64,000 nucleotides of DNA. Source: Candidatus Magasanikbacteria bacterium GW2011_GWA2_56_11. GTDB lineage: Bacteria; Patescibacteriota; Patescibacteriia; Magasanikbacterales; UBA922. Each line of letters opens with the position of its first letter. Position 1 is the first letter of the stretch. This document shows, in pieces, positions 39,744-50,371 of this stretch. The DNA is taken from NCBI GenBank assembly GCA_001004885.1, contig LCRX01000002.1, forward strand, positions 14,043 through 78,042, written 5' to 3'. Below the pieces are notes generated by a model, which saw only the letters and a list, made by a program, of their open reading frames with translations, had not been told where the DNA came from and made no database searches. Both the position numbers and the translations under genes were made by a program.

Positions 39744-40796
39744 TTAGAGACCGGCGTAATCCGCGCTGCGCAGGGCAGTGATGATCGGCTCCAGTCGGCC
39801 GTCGAGCACGGCTCCGATATTGTTCCAGCTTTCGTGGATGCGGTGGTCGGTAATACGGTCCTGGGGAAAGTTGTAGGTCCGGATTTTTTCGCTCCGGTCG
39901 CCGGTGCCGATTTGATGTTTGCGTTCGGCGTCGAGCTTAGCCTTCTGGGCCGCCTGCTCCTGCTCGTACAGGCGGGCCCGTAGCACCTCGAGCGCCTTGG
40001 CGCGGTTTTGCTGTTGGGAGCGTTCATCCTGGCACTGGACGATAAGGCCGGTCGGGACATGGACCACCCGGACGGCGGAATAGGTCGTGTTGACGCTCTG
40101 GCCGCCTTTGCCGCCGGCCATGAAAGTGTCGATGCGCAGGTCCTTGGGGTCGATAACAAGTTCGGTTTCCTCAATTTCCGGCAGGACCGCGACACTGACG
40201 GTGGAAGTGTGGATTCGCCCGGCTTTTTCCGTTTCCGGCACCCGCTGCACGCGGTGCACGCCCATCTCGTATTTGAGATCGCGGTAAACATCGCGTCCCT
40301 TGATGGAGAATATGACCTCTTTGTATCCGCCGAGTCCGATGCGGCTTTCGCTGATAAGACCCGCGCGCCACCCTCGCGTCTCGGCGTATTTCATGTACAG
40401 GCGCATCAGTTCGGCGGCAAACAGCGCCGCCTCGTCGCCGCCGGCGCCGGCGCGGATTTCAACGATAACATTTTTTTTATCCATGGGGTCTTTGGGCCGG
40501 ATAAGCTCTTGGAGCTCCGCCTCGATCCGGTTTTTTCTCTCCGTGAGTTCCTGGATCTCGGCCTCTGCCAAGGCCGTCATTTCTTGGTCGGCTTCTTGCC
40601 CGGCCATTTGGCTCGCGGCCGCGGCTTCCGTCTCGACTCTGTGCAATTTTTCAATAAGTTCAATCGTCGGTTTCAGCTCGGCGTAATCCGCGGAAACGGC
40701 CTTTAATTTTTCCGGATTGGCAAGAGTGGCGCTGTCCTCCAAGGAGCGCTCCAGTTCCAGGTAGTGGGCTTTTAGGTCTAGGTATTTTTGATCCAT
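39744..40796 (-). CDS. prfA: Peptide chain release factor 1
   Basis: [16 protein letters not shown] motif; PAT-type tripeptide context; start at MDQKYLD. Confidence 0.93.
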   Translation of the reverse strand: MDQKYLDLKAHYLELERSLEDSATLANPEKLKAVSADYAELKPTIELIEKLHRVETEAAAASQMAGQEADQEMTALAEAEIQELTERKNRIEAELQELIRPKDPMDKKNVIVEIRAGAGGDEAALFAAELMRLYMKYAETRGWRAGLISESRIGLGGYKEVIFSIKGRDVYRDLKYEMGVHRVQRVPETEKAGRIHTSTVSVAVLPEIEETELVIDPKDLRIDTFMAGGKGGQSVNTTYSAVRVVHVPTGLIVQCQDERSQQQNRAKALEVLRARLYEQEQAAQKAKLDAERKHQIGTGDRSEKIRTYNFPQDRITDHRIHESWNNIGAVLDGRLEPIITALRSADYAGL

Positions 40797-40918
40797 AGTC
40801 TTGATTAGCGCGGACTTTTTTGCGTAAAATATCAGCCAAACTGGCTCCAAATTATTTTTCCGACGAGTTATTGAAAATAAAAAACAGGACAGCAATGTCC
40901 TGCTTTTTGCAGTGGCAG

Positions 40919-41221
40919 CTACTGGGCGTCTTTCTCGACCGCAGTCTGCTCGGCCATCTTGGCCGCTTTCTTTTTGGCCACTTTGGCGCGTTTGCCCTGG
41001 CGCGTACCGGACGTGGCGGCTACCCGGGCCATTTTTTCTTGGAATTTCTCGACGCGGCGGGCCGTGTCAACGAACTTTTCTTTGCCCGTGTAGAACGGAT
41101 GGCAGGCACCGCAAATTTCTACGCGCAGCGTTTCGCGGGTGGAACCCGTAACGAACGAGTTGCCGCAGGCGCAGGTAACAGTGACGTTCGGGTGGTATTT
41201 CGGATGAATGTTAGCTTTCAT
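40919..41221 (-). CDS. rpmE: 50S ribosomal protein L31 (Zn-ribbon type) with basic C-terminal extension
   Basis: IHPKYH…CACGN…[11 protein letters not shown]. Confidence 0.88.
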   Translation of the reverse strand: MKANIHPKYHPNVTVTCACGNSFVTGSTRETLRVEICGACHPFYTGKEKFVDTARRVEKFQEKMARVAATSGTRQGKRAKVAKKKAAKMAEQTAVEKDAQ

Positions 41222-41240
41222 AGCAAAAAATTATAGGCCC

Positions 41241-41269
41241 AGTTTACCATAGGGCCGGCAGGCTGTCAA
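41241..41269 (-). promoter_or_regulatory. rpmE promoter TTGACA-17-TAAACT (minus strand); short or leaderless 5' UTR
   Basis: Minus-strand read: ttgacagcctgccggccctatggtaaact. Confidence 0.5.
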
Positions 41270-41292
41270 GTATTGTCCGGGCGTCCGGATTG

Positions 41293-41321
41293 TTGACAGT
41301 TTATCGGTTTTTATGTATAGT
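41293..41321 (+). promoter_or_regulatory. rpsB promoter TTGACA-17-TATAGT with ~118-nt leader
   Basis: ttgaca gtttatcggtttttatg tatagt. Confidence 0.6.
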
Positions 41322-41438
41322 AGGCCCACTTAAATTATCCCTCATTTTTGCTCCGGTCGGGCCGCCTGGCCCTTACCGGCAACATTTCCTCCCTCGGGCC
41401 ACCCCGCGGGCCGGCAAAAAGAGGCAAAAAGGAAATCT

Positions 41439-42161
41439 ATGACATACCCCAGCATCCTGGAGATGCTCCAGGCGGGCGTCCATTTCGGCCACCAAGTGTC
41501 GCGCTGGCACCCGAAAATGAAGCCGTTCATCTTTACCGAGCGCAACCGCGTCCACATCATCAACCTCGAGAAAACCGAGGAACAGCTGAAAGCGGTGCTT
41601 CCGGCCGTGAAGCAGATGGCGGCCGAAGGAAAAACGATTTTGTTTGTTACCACCAAGCCGCAGGCCCGGGATATCGTGAAAGCGGCAGCTATCGATTGCG
41701 GCATGCCGTATTTGGTCGATCGCTGGCTGGGCGGAATGCTCACCAACTTTGTCGAGATCCGGAAGCTTTTGAAGAAGTACATTTCTCTCAAAGAGAAGCA
41801 GGCCAAGGGCGAGTTTGAACAATATACCAAAAAAGAGCAGCTGGAAATCTCCAAGGAGCTGGAAAAGATGGACTCGTACCTGGCCGGCCTTGTCAGCCTG
41901 GAGCGAATGCCGGATGCCTTGTTTATTCCCTCCGTGCAGCGGGAAAAAACCGCGGTAGTCGAGGCCAATAAAATGGGCGTACCTATAATCGGGGTGTGCG
42001 ATACTAACGCCAACCCGGGCAAGGTAGCCCATGTTATCCCCGGCAACGACGACGCGGTTAAATCCATCACCCTTTTGGTTGGACTCGTGGGGGCGGCCGT
42101 GAAAGAGGGTAAAGCTGAAGGCGCTCAACCTAAAGAGGCCACGACCGAGGAAACTAAGTAG
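41439..42161 (+). CDS. rpsB: 30S ribosomal protein S2
   Basis: MLQAGVHFGHQVSRWHPKM…. Confidence 0.95.
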   Translation: MTYPSILEMLQAGVHFGHQVSRWHPKMKPFIFTERNRVHIINLEKTEEQLKAVLPAVKQMAAEGKTILFVTTKPQARDIVKAAAIDCGMPYLVDRWLGGMLTNFVEIRKLLKKYISLKEKQAKGEFEQYTKKEQLEISKELEKMDSYLAGLVSLERMPDALFIPSVQREKTAVVEANKMGVPIIGVCDTNANPGKVAHVIPGNDDAVKSITLLVGLVGAAVKEGKAEGAQPKEATTEETK

Positions 42162-42238
42162 CCCTCTCCAGGCGGCCGCCGCGCGGGAAGAGCCGGCATG
42201 GCTCTTGCGCTTAAATCAGAAACCTTTAAACAAATTTT

Positions 42239-42886
42239 ATGTCTATTTCCGCTTCTGATATCGCCAGACTCCGGGCGCAGACCGGCGCCGGTATGCTGGA
42301 CTGTAAAAATGCTCTGGAAGAAGCCGGCGGCGATTTTGAGGCCGCGGCGGAACTGCTGCGCAAAAAAGGCATTGCCAAGGCTGCCAAGCGCGCCGGCAAA
42401 ATTGCCGCCGAAGGGCTGGTCTGGAGCTATATCCACGGCAACGGCAGGCTCGGCGTACTGGTGGAAGTGAACTGCGAGACCGATTTTGTGGCCCGCACCG
42501 ATAATTTTCAGGATCTGGTGAAGGGCGTGGCCATGCATATCGCCGCTGTCTCGCCCCGCTACGTGTCGCGCGCTGAAGTCCCCGGAGCGGAACTGGAAAA
42601 GGAAAAAGACATCTATCGCGCCCAGCTCGCTGCCGAAGGCAAGCCGGCCGAGATGATTGAAAAGATCGTCGAGGGCAAGATGAACAAATTTTACTCGGAG
42701 ATTTGCCTGCTTGAGCAGCCCTACATTCGCGACGAAGACAAGACTGTGGAGCAGCTCCTGGGCGAAAAAACCGCCGAAATCGGCGAGAAAATTTCGGTGC
42801 GCCGGTTTGTCCGCTTTGAGCTCGGCGAGGGGATAGAAAAGAAACGGGTAGATTTTGCCGCCGAAGTCGGCGAACAGCTTGGTTAG
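42239..42886 (+). CDS. tsf: Elongation factor Ts (short form)
   Basis: [29 protein letters not shown]; follows rpsB. Confidence 0.9.
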   Translation: MSISASDIARLRAQTGAGMLDCKNALEEAGGDFEAAAELLRKKGIAKAAKRAGKIAAEGLVWSYIHGNGRLGVLVEVNCETDFVARTDNFQDLVKGVAMHIAAVSPRYVSRAEVPGAELEKEKDIYRAQLAAEGKPAEMIEKIVEGKMNKFYSEICLLEQPYIRDEDKTVEQLLGEKTAEIGEKISVRRFVRFELGEGIEKKRVDFAAEVGEQLG

Positions 42887-42955
42887 CCGTTAGCGGAAAT
42901 TTTGGTGAGTAAAAAAAGTGTTCGCGCTAATTAGCGACTCTAAATTCGAAGACAT

Positions 42956-42985
42956 AATCCCGCCCCTGCCAGGGCGGGGTTTATT
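42956..42985 (+). terminator. Rho-independent terminator after tsf
   Basis: aatcccgcccctgccagggcggggtttatt. Confidence 0.7.
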
Positions 42986-43074
42986 AACATAGAAAGTCTT
43001 TTACGGCTGCCCTCGACATGGTATACTTGGCCTAGTTTTTCTCTTCGCAATCAGGGTGGATTGCATTTTTCTCT

Positions 43075-46000
43075 ATGAGCCGTCCGCGCCGAACAATTTT
43101 TCATCGTTTGACCGCCTGGCTCGTGCTGTTGACCACCCTGTGGTATTTCACTTTGGGCTTGCTTCCTTTTGGCCTCACCGACCCCACAGTACCGATAGCC
43201 AAAGCCGCCGCTGTTACCTGGGTGGGGCTAGCCACGGGCAACTGGGAAGACGGGGCGAATTGGAACACCGGCGTGGTCCCGACGGCAAGTGACGATGTTA
43301 CGATATCGAGCAGCACCGGCAATATTTCCGTTACTCTTTCCGCCGGCCAGACAGCTAATTTCGCTTCGCTGACTATTGGCGGGGATTCGACTTATTATGT
43401 TACCACGACGCTCGTCGGCAATATCGGAACCGCCGTGAGCAGCACGATCGCCGGCCGGGGAGTTTTGGTTCAGAAAAATGCCGTCGTCCAGACGCTAACA
43501 GGGGATTTGACTATCCAAAGCGGAGGGATTTTGACGCATGAGGCGAACACGACGGCGCAGTCGTACGAGGTAGATTGGAGCGTGGCTAATTTGAATGTTC
43601 AGGCCGGAGGTAAAATTGATGTTGACGGCCAGGGATATACCGGGACAAATGATACCGGCTCATCCGGCAATGGTCCGGGTGGCGGTTACAAATCTGTCAG
43701 CCTCGGCACCGGCGGCGCTCACGCGGGCAACGGCGGCGGACCATCAAACAGCGAAGACGGGCCAGCCGGGTACTGCGATATCACTAATCCAGTCTCCATG
43801 GGTTCGGGCGGCGGCGTTGGCGGCTCCGGATTCGGCGGTTCGGGCGGCGGCGTGATTATTCTCAACGTTTCCGGGACAATCACCGTTAACGGGACGATTA
43901 CCGCCGACGGCGCAACTCCCATTTCCGGTACCAGCGTTGGTGGCGGCGCCGGCGGCGGCGTAAAGATCGTGGCTGGTGACATTGCCGGCACCCCGCAAAG
44001 TTTCACGATTACCGGAGGTGGCGGCCGAAGCACTTATGGCGGCGGCGGGGGCGGAGGTTGCGCCTTTCTGTCTTACACTACTGCCAATAGTATTTTCCCG
44101 ACCAGCACTATTACGATGAATGGCGGCGCCGGCGTATCGGGACAGCGCGGCGGCGGCGGCGTAGTGTATGTAAAACAGACCGGCACCAATGGCGATATTT
44201 ATTCGGTCAATACTGCGCCGGGAGCTCCTTCTGCCCAGGGGGCCACCTCCATCACGGCCGATTCCTTGACGGTGATGGTTTCCTCAACTTACCAGATTGC
44301 CTCGGGCAAAACTTTGGTGCTTAAAAATAGCAGCCCTTTTTCCGGCGGAGACGCATCGGGTACTCTGCGGGTAGATAGCGGCGGTACGTTCACTCCCACG
44401 TCAACCGCCGATTTTACCGTTGCCAGTACCACTCTGGAGATTCACCAGGGTTCTACTGTTACCTCGGCCTCTTCTCTTAACGTGGTTGTTGACTATGGGG
44501 GTGTCCTCAGCCAAGGACGGTATGTGACAACCAGCCCTGCTTTGGGATTGAATACTCTTTATATATTAAACGGCGGTGTTCTCACCCATGCAGCCAATAC
44601 GACGACGCAGAGCCACGTGGTAAATTTGAGCGCGGCTTCTTCTACCGTGGCGGCCGGCGGATTTATTAACCTGGACGGCAGGGGATACGCCGGAGTCAGC
44701 GGCGGAAACGGCAACGGACCGGGCGGCGGCGCGGTAAAAGTATCCAGCACCGGCGGCGGCGGCGGCGCCCATGCCGGCGCCGGCGGAAACGGTTTTAACG
44801 GTTCGGCTGGCGGCGCGGCCTACTGCGTTACAAGTTCTCCGGGTACGATTGGGTCGAGCGGCGGCTATGGCGGAAACGGCGCCAGTCCTGCCGGCGGAGG
44901 CCTGGCCGTGTTAGCTATTACTAATACGCTTACCGTAAATGGTACTATCACGGCGGATGGTGGCGCCGCGCCCGGATCTCAGTCGACTGGTTCTGGCGGC
45001 GGCGGCGTAAAAATCACTGCCGGTGTTATCGCCGGTTCGCCGCAGAGTTTCACCGCTACCGGATCGGCCGGCAGGGGTTCGAGCGGCGGCGGAGGCGGTG
45101 GCTGTATTTATATTGGTTACTCAACCAGCAACAGTATCTCATCCGCGACCGTGTCCGGCGGTGCCGCCGGCGGCAGCGGCGGCTCCACCGCCGGAGGCTC
45201 CGGTGAGTTTAATGCCGCGCAGACCAACCGCGCGCCATCGGCTCCGGCCACTCTCTACGCCCATGCTACCGACGCCCAGTCCGGTACTGCCAACCCGAGC
45301 TGGGTTAGCAGTATTACGCCGGCATTTTCTGCTATTTATGCCGACGACGATGTGGGCGACATCGCGAATAAAGCTCGCATACAAATAGGCACTGACTCTA
45401 ACTTCAGTTCCATTACGCACTGGGATTCCGGGTCATCCGGCACTTCTATCAGCAACTGCACTGCCGGACAGCGCTGTCAAAATATCGTCTACGGTTCTTT
45501 TGGGTCCGCGCCTACCCAGAACTTGGCTCTTAACGATGATGCCGACGAGGCCAGCCAGACGACTTACTACTGGCGCATTAAATTTTTTGACGATAGCAGC
45601 ACCGAGGGCGCTTTCTCCGCCGAGTCGGCGTCGTTTACTTTGCTCGACGCGCCCAATGAACCGACCAATTTGGCCACCTCCTCCCTTAGTATCACAGGTG
45701 TTACCTTGTCCTGGACAGATAATTCGTCACTCGAAAACAACTACGTTTTGCAGGTTTCCGAGGACGGCGGGGGCACTTATTCGACCGCTTCGACCACCGT
45801 GGCCAACACCACGTCCGTGACTACCAGCACACTGTCGGCCGATACCCGCTATGTTTATCGCGTACACGGAGCCAACACGGCCGGCGACTCCGATGCCATC
45901 GCCACAGCGGCTTTTTACACTTTGGCCAATGCGCCGGGAACACCGACGCCGGGTACGGTTACTGCCGCCACAATCCCTATTACCATCTCCGTAAACGGCA

Positions 46001-49000
46001 ACCCCACGAATACCCTGTACGCCGTCTTTGATACCATCTCTGACACTTACGTGGGAGCCGACGGCTCGGCTTCGGCCGGGCCGGTATTCCAAACTACGTC
46101 TACCTGGGGCAACAATTTTGCCCGCAGCGGGCTTACCCCCAACACCCAACATGCGTTCGCCGTGGTTGCGCGCAACGGAGACGGCGTAAGCACGGCTACC
46201 TCCACGGCCAGCGCCGCCGTCTACACACTGGCCGCCACTCCGTCGTCGGCGAGCGCCAGCGCCGACAGCGCCAGCCAGATCACGGTTTCCTGGAACGCCA
46301 ACTCCAACGCGCCGGGTACTAGCTATTACGCGGAGGATGCCGGTTCGCCGACGCGCGCTTCGGGCTGGATTACCGCCACCTCATACACATTTAGCGGGTT
46401 GAGCGCCGGTACAGCCTATACGTTTCGGGTCAAGGCGCGTAATGACGAGGGCACGCAAACAGATTTTGGTTCATCGGTAACGGCGACTACTTTGCCGTCC
46501 GGCGGATCTCCTTCTCCCACTCCTCCGGCACCGCCGCCGCCGCCATCGCCGACCCCCTATATTTCGGCAGAAGAAATAATCGAGTTTGCCCCTACCGGGC
46601 TCATTAAAATTATTTCTGTTTCCGGCGAAACCGAAGTTGATGTCCTTGACGGAGCGGGCATAGCGGCGCCCCATGTCGTGAATGGTTATAGCCAGGTGAA
46701 AGGCGTGTCCAGTGATGACGGTATCCTCGACCTGTCATCTCCATTTAGCCTGGATTTTTCTTTTGCCCTCGACAAGACGCCCCTTGATTCAAGTCTGGCC
46801 GGGAAAAAGCGCCGGTTGTTTTCGAAGTACGACGCCTACAATGCCGGGTACAGCACGAATAACGATATCGCGGCCACGAAAGGATTTTGTTTCAGCGCCG
46901 GCACCGGGCAGGTCTGCGATTACCGCAATCCGTTCGTGAAGAGTACCTATGTTTATAATATTGTCTGGTCAGGCAGCACTCTCGATCTCATCGAGAATAA
47001 TAAAAAATTGGATAGCGCCCCGCTGGCGGCTATCCCCAAGAGCCAGCACCCTTTGGCTATTGGCGGTGAATTAGTCCCGTACCAAAATGGCAAGTACGCC
47101 ACTTCGTTTTATCCGTTCACTCTTTATACGCTGCGCCTGAAACAAGATCCCGGACTGCTTATCTACACCAACACGCCCGTAGTCAAGCTTAAAATAGATG
47201 CCACGTATGCGCAGCAGCTGGCCCTAAAGGAGAGCCATGGCTCTCCGTACACCGATTTTTCGGAAGTGTCGTTCAACCCGGTGGTTTCCGAGCTCACTTG
47301 GCAGCTGGCCGGAGAGGACGGTAAAAAATGCGTTAATGCCCGGTTTAAGGGAATTGAAGGCAAAAACCTTACGTATGATACCTATGCTTGCGTCATTCTG
47401 GATCGTGTCAAGCCTTCCGCCGACTTTTTGATCGACGCCGGGCCGGCCAATCCAACGGCCGCCGCCCCGCGCATTTACGGCGTAAGCGAACCCAAGGCCG
47501 TGATTGTCATCACCAAAAAGAGCAAACAAGCCGCGGCCGCTTTGGCCTCAGCGGCGGAAAAGGCGACTTTTCATCTCGCGGCTGAACCGGCAGCCTATAC
47601 CACCATGGCCGATAACACCGGTGCTTGGAGTTACACCTTTTCCGCCCCGTTTAACCCCGGCGACCATATTATTACTGTTCAGGCCACTGATCCGGCCGGC
47701 AATACCTCGGACCCGGTGAGTCAAGAGCTGTCCGTAACTACGCCTCTCCCGTCCGAACCGGATCCGGAGGACACTAAACCCGATGAAATCGAAGATAAAA
47801 AAGAAGACACTAAACCGTCTGACCAAGACCAAGAAGACACTAAAACCGATGAGACTGAGAAGGGAGATGAGGTAAAAAAGGACGATACGGCGGTGGCCGA
47901 TGCCGAAGAAGAAAAGACGACCAACCCTGACCAGGCGGACCAGCCGGTACTGAGTCTGCCAGGAGAAGCCGGGCCGGGTTTGGCACCAATCGCCCGGCGA
48001 CCGGATCGGGCGGCTGGCAAGGAGGAGTTGGCACCGATGGCAGAGGTGCCAGAATCGGAACAAGCCGCGGCCGCGGCCGAAATGATCGCTCCTGCATTTG
48101 GCCCCTCCCTTTTGTCTCAGGTATGGAATAAGTGGCGCGCGCTGAAAGATAATCCCTTTCTCGAGAAAATCAACGAAACGGCCGCGGCCCCGGCCATCGC
48201 CCTCTTGGGTGCTGCCAATCTGGCTGTTGGCGTTCAAATTCCGCGTCTTTTAGCCCTGCTGCGGTATCTGTTCAGCCAGCCGGCGCTCCTTTTGCGCCGA
48301 CGCAAGTACAAAGGCTGGGGCACGGTCTACAATGCCTACAGCAAGCTGCCCGTGGATCTGGCCACGATTCGTCTCATCAGCGATGAAACAAATAAAGTGG
48401 TTAGCTCCCAGGTAACGGATTTTTACGGCCGCTATTTTATCTCGGCGGAAAACGGCCGTTTTCGCCTGGAGGTCATTAAACCAGGATTCACGGGTTTCAG
48501 CGCGCTGTTGAGGGAACAGACCGAGGACGCCAAGTACCTCAATCTGTACCACGGAGAGGCTTTTTATCCGCCGGAGTCCGGGAGCGCCGTTACCTACAGT
48601 ATCCCGCTCGATCCGGAGACGATCATCAAGCCCACGACCCAGATTCTCAAAGACCATTCCCGGTCGGTGTTGCAACAGGCGTTTACTTTGGTGGGATTGG
48701 GCGCCAGTTTGGTCTCGTTTGCCGTCTCACCCACTCCAGGCGTGGGGTTTCTCGTGGGGCTGCATGTCATTTTTTACTTTTTATTCCATCGTCTGGCGCA
48801 CCGTCGGCTTCCCAGTTCCTGGGGCGTAGTCCGCGATCTGAAGGACAAATCAACGCTGTCGAGAGTGGTTATCCGCGTCTTTGACGCCGCTTACAATAAA
48901 TTGGTCAATACCGCTGTTACCGACAGCCGCGGCCGTTATGCCGTGCTGGTCGGGCCAAGCCGGTATTACGTCATGTACGAAAAAGACGGCTACCACCGGA

Positions 49001-49137
49001 AGCAGTCGCCGACTTTGGACTTTAGCTCAGAAAAGACCGGCGGCCTGGGCGGTATCATCAACCGGTCGGAGATGATGGAAAGGGGGACAGGCTCTCCGGC
49101 GGCGTCGGAATCCGGCGGACCGAATCCAGGGCTTTGA
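43075..49137 (+). CDS. Giant (2020-aa) membrane-anchored surface protein: N-terminal signal/TM, duplicated Gly-rich beta-helix-like module, FN3 domains, Pro-rich and acidic repeat linkers, C-terminal TM segments and two CarboxypepD_reg-like beta-sandwich domains
   Basis: Single uninterrupted ORF; GNWEDGANWNTGVVP…; two ~300-aa paralogous Gly-rich modules; FN3-like LSITGVTLSWTDNS…YVYRVHGAN; PPAPPPPPSP; EDTKPDEIEDKKEDTKPSDQDQEDTK; VVSSQVTDFYGRYFISAENGRFRLEV and RVFDAAYNKLVNTAVTDSRGRYAV. Confidence 0.8.
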   Translation: MSRPRRTIFHRLTAWLVLLTTLWYFTLGLLPFGLTDPTVPIAKAAAVTWVGLATGNWEDGANWNTGVVPTASDDVTISSSTGNISVTLSAGQTANFASLTIGGDSTYYVTTTLVGNIGTAVSSTIAGRGVLVQKNAVVQTLTGDLTIQSGGILTHEANTTAQSYEVDWSVANLNVQAGGKIDVDGQGYTGTNDTGSSGNGPGGGYKSVSLGTGGAHAGNGGGPSNSEDGPAGYCDITNPVSMGSGGGVGGSGFGGSGGGVIILNVSGTITVNGTITADGATPISGTSVGGGAGGGVKIVAGDIAGTPQSFTITGGGGRSTYGGGGGGGCAFLSYTTANSIFPTSTITMNGGAGVSGQRGGGGVVYVKQTGTNGDIYSVNTAPGAPSAQGATSITADSLTVMVSSTYQIASGKTLVLKNSSPFSGGDASGTLRVDSGGTFTPTSTADFTVASTTLEIHQGSTVTSASSLNVVVDYGGVLSQGRYVTTSPALGLNTLYILNGGVLTHAANTTTQSHVVNLSAASSTVAAGGFINLDGRGYAGVSGGNGNGPGGGAVKVSSTGGGGGAHAGAGGNGFNGSAGGAAYCVTSSPGTIGSSGGYGGNGASPAGGGLAVLAITNTLTVNGTITADGGAAPGSQSTGSGGGGVKITAGVIAGSPQSFTATGSAGRGSSGGGGGGCIYIGYSTSNSISSATVSGGAAGGSGGSTAGGSGEFNAAQTNRAPSAPATLYAHATDAQSGTANPSWVSSITPAFSAIYADDDVGDIANKARIQIGTDSNFSSITHWDSGSSGTSISNCTAGQRCQNIVYGSFGSAPTQNLALNDDADEASQTTYYWRIKFFDDSSTEGAFSAESASFTLLDAPNEPTNLATSSLSITGVTLSWTDNSSLENNYVLQVSEDGGGTYSTASTTVANTTSVTTSTLSADTRYVYRVHGANTAGDSDAIATAAFYTLANAPGTPTPGTVTAATIPITISVNGNPTNTLYAVFDTISDTYVGADGSASAGPVFQTTSTWGNNFARSGLTPNTQHAFAVVARNGDGVSTATSTASAAVYTLAATPSSASASADSASQITVSWNANSNAPGTSYYAEDAGSPTRASGWITATSYTFSGLSAGTAYTFRVKARNDEGTQTDFGSSVTATTLPSGGSPSPTPPAPPPPPSPTPYISAEEIIEFAPTGLIKIISVSGETEVDVLDGAGIAAPHVVNGYSQVKGVSSDDGILDLSSPFSLDFSFALDKTPLDSSLAGKKRRLFSKYDAYNAGYSTNNDIAATKGFCFSAGTGQVCDYRNPFVKSTYVYNIVWSGSTLDLIENNKKLDSAPLAAIPKSQHPLAIGGELVPYQNGKYATSFYPFTLYTLRLKQDPGLLIYTNTPVVKLKIDATYAQQLALKESHGSPYTDFSEVSFNPVVSELTWQLAGEDGKKCVNARFKGIEGKNLTYDTYACVILDRVKPSADFLIDAGPANPTAAAPRIYGVSEPKAVIVITKKSKQAAAALASAAEKATFHLAAEPAAYTTMADNTGAWSYTFSAPFNPGDHIITVQATDPAGNTSDPVSQELSVTTPLPSEPDPEDTKPDEIEDKKEDTKPSDQDQEDTKTDETEKGDEVKKDDTAVADAEEEKTTNPDQADQPVLSLPGEAGPGLAPIARRPDRAAGKEELAPMAEVPESEQAAAAAEMIAPAFGPSLLSQVWNKWRALKDNPFLEKINETAAAPAIALLGAANLAVGVQIPRLLALLRYLFSQPALLLRRRKYKGWGTVYNAYSKLPVDLATIRLISDETNKVVSSQVTDFYGRYFISAENGRFRLEVIKPGFTGFSALLREQTEDAKYLNLYHGEAFYPPESGSAVTYSIPLDPETIIKPTTQILKDHSRSVLQQAFTLVGLGASLVSFAVSPTPGVGFLVGLHVIFYFLFHRLAHRRLPSSWGVVRDLKDKSTLSRVVIRVFDAAYNKLVNTAVTDSRGRYAVLVGPSRYYVMYEKDGYHRKQSPTLDFSSEKTGGLGGIINRSEMMERGTGSPAASESGGPNPGL

Positions 49138-49169
49138 TGTTGAGACTATCCGGCGTAGTCTGTTATACT

Positions 49170-49330
49170 AGAACCCACTCCCAAAAATAATTCCGGCTCA
49201 ATTTTGCGCCTGTACCGCTGGCAATTGTCCGGCTGGCGTGGCCATAGCACCGCTATATCTCCTCAACCCGAACAATTTTCGTTTGAAACACGACAAAATT
49301 GCCTCGGAATTATTTTTGGGAGTGGGTTCT
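49170..49330 (+). repeat. Family-B TIR element, copy 1 (perfect 26-bp terminal inverted repeats)
   Basis: agaacccactcccaaaaataattccg … cggaattatttttgggagtgggttct; immediately upstream of gap; TATACT hexamer abuts the left end. Confidence 0.85.
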
Positions 49331-49356
49331 AAATTATCCGCTTTTAATTTCCTTTT

Positions 49357-50367
49357 ATGCTGCGTGTCGCTATCAACGGATTTGGCCGGATCGGCCGGCA
49401 TGCCTTTAAAGTCGCCTGGAGCAAGAAGGGGATGCAGATCGTGGCCATCAACGATTTGACTGCCCCGGCGACACTGGCTTACCTGCTCAAGCATGATACG
49501 GCCTATCCGGACGTGCCGTACCCGGTGAGCTCTGACGACAAGAATCTTATCGTGGCCGGTCGGAAAATTCCGGTGTTTGCCGAAAAAGACCCCGGCCTGC
49601 TACCCTGGAAAAAACTCAGAGTTGACGTGGTCATCGAGTCCACCGGCAAGTTCACCAAGCAGGAGGGCGCCGAACTCCACCTTAAGGCCGGCGCCAAAAA
49701 GGTCGTTATCTCGGCCCCGAGCAAGGGCGGCGGGATTGTTACCTATGTCCGGGGCGTGAACGACCGGGCATACGCCGGCGAGGCGCTTCTCGACAATGCC
49801 TCGTGCACCACCAACTGCGCGGCGCCGGTTATGCTGGTGCTCGAGCGCGAATTCGGCATCGAAAAAGCCATGCTTACGACCGTGCACTCTTACACGGCCA
49901 CGCAGGCGCTCCAGGACGGGCCGGCCAAGGATTTGCGCGAGTCGCGCGCGGCGGCCGAAAATATGGTGCCGACCACTACCGGCGCGGCCATTGCCACGGC
50001 CCGGGTCATTCCGTCCTTGGCGGGCAAATTCGACGGCCTGTCGGTGCGCGTGCCGACGATTACCGTGTCGCTTACCGACATTACGGCGCTCTTGAAGCGT
50101 TCGGTGACGAAAGAAGACGTAAACCAGGCGTTGCGGAAGGCTGCCCGGAGCTATCTCAAAAATATATTAACGACCACGGAAGAAGAGCTGGTCTCGTCCG
50201 ATTTTATCGGCAACCCATATTCGGCAATAGCGGACTTGAAGTTGACTGCCGTAGTTGACGGCAACCTGGTGAAGGTCATCGCCTGGTACGATAACGAATG
50301 GGGGTATGCCAATCGGCTCGTGGAGATGGTGGCAGTGGCCGGGAAGCACAAAGGCCAGAAGAAGTAA
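49357..50367 (+). CDS. gap: Glyceraldehyde-3-phosphate dehydrogenase
   Basis: INGFGRIGR, SCTTNCAAP active-site Cys. Confidence 0.95.
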   Translation: MLRVAINGFGRIGRHAFKVAWSKKGMQIVAINDLTAPATLAYLLKHDTAYPDVPYPVSSDDKNLIVAGRKIPVFAEKDPGLLPWKKLRVDVVIESTGKFTKQEGAELHLKAGAKKVVISAPSKGGGIVTYVRGVNDRAYAGEALLDNASCTTNCAAPVMLVLEREFGIEKAMLTTVHSYTATQALQDGPAKDLRESRAAAENMVPTTTGAAIATARVIPSLAGKFDGLSVRVPTITVSLTDITALLKRSVTKEDVNQALRKAARSYLKNILTTTEEELVSSDFIGNPYSAIADLKLTAVVDGNLVKVIAWYDNEWGYANRLVEMVAVAGKHKGQKK

Positions 50368-50371
50368 TTTT

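Noticed and set aside
41342-42128. Two overlapping minus-strand ORFs (242 and 251 aa)
   Set aside because: Antisense to rpsB, whose identity is unambiguous.
43600-45250. Possible CRISPR-like or simple-sequence array (regularly spaced GGCGGCGG motifs)
   Set aside because: Repeats are in-frame glycine codons inside the giant ORF; unit lengths vary; no spacer-repeat periodicity and no cas genes. These are coding Gly-rich repeats.
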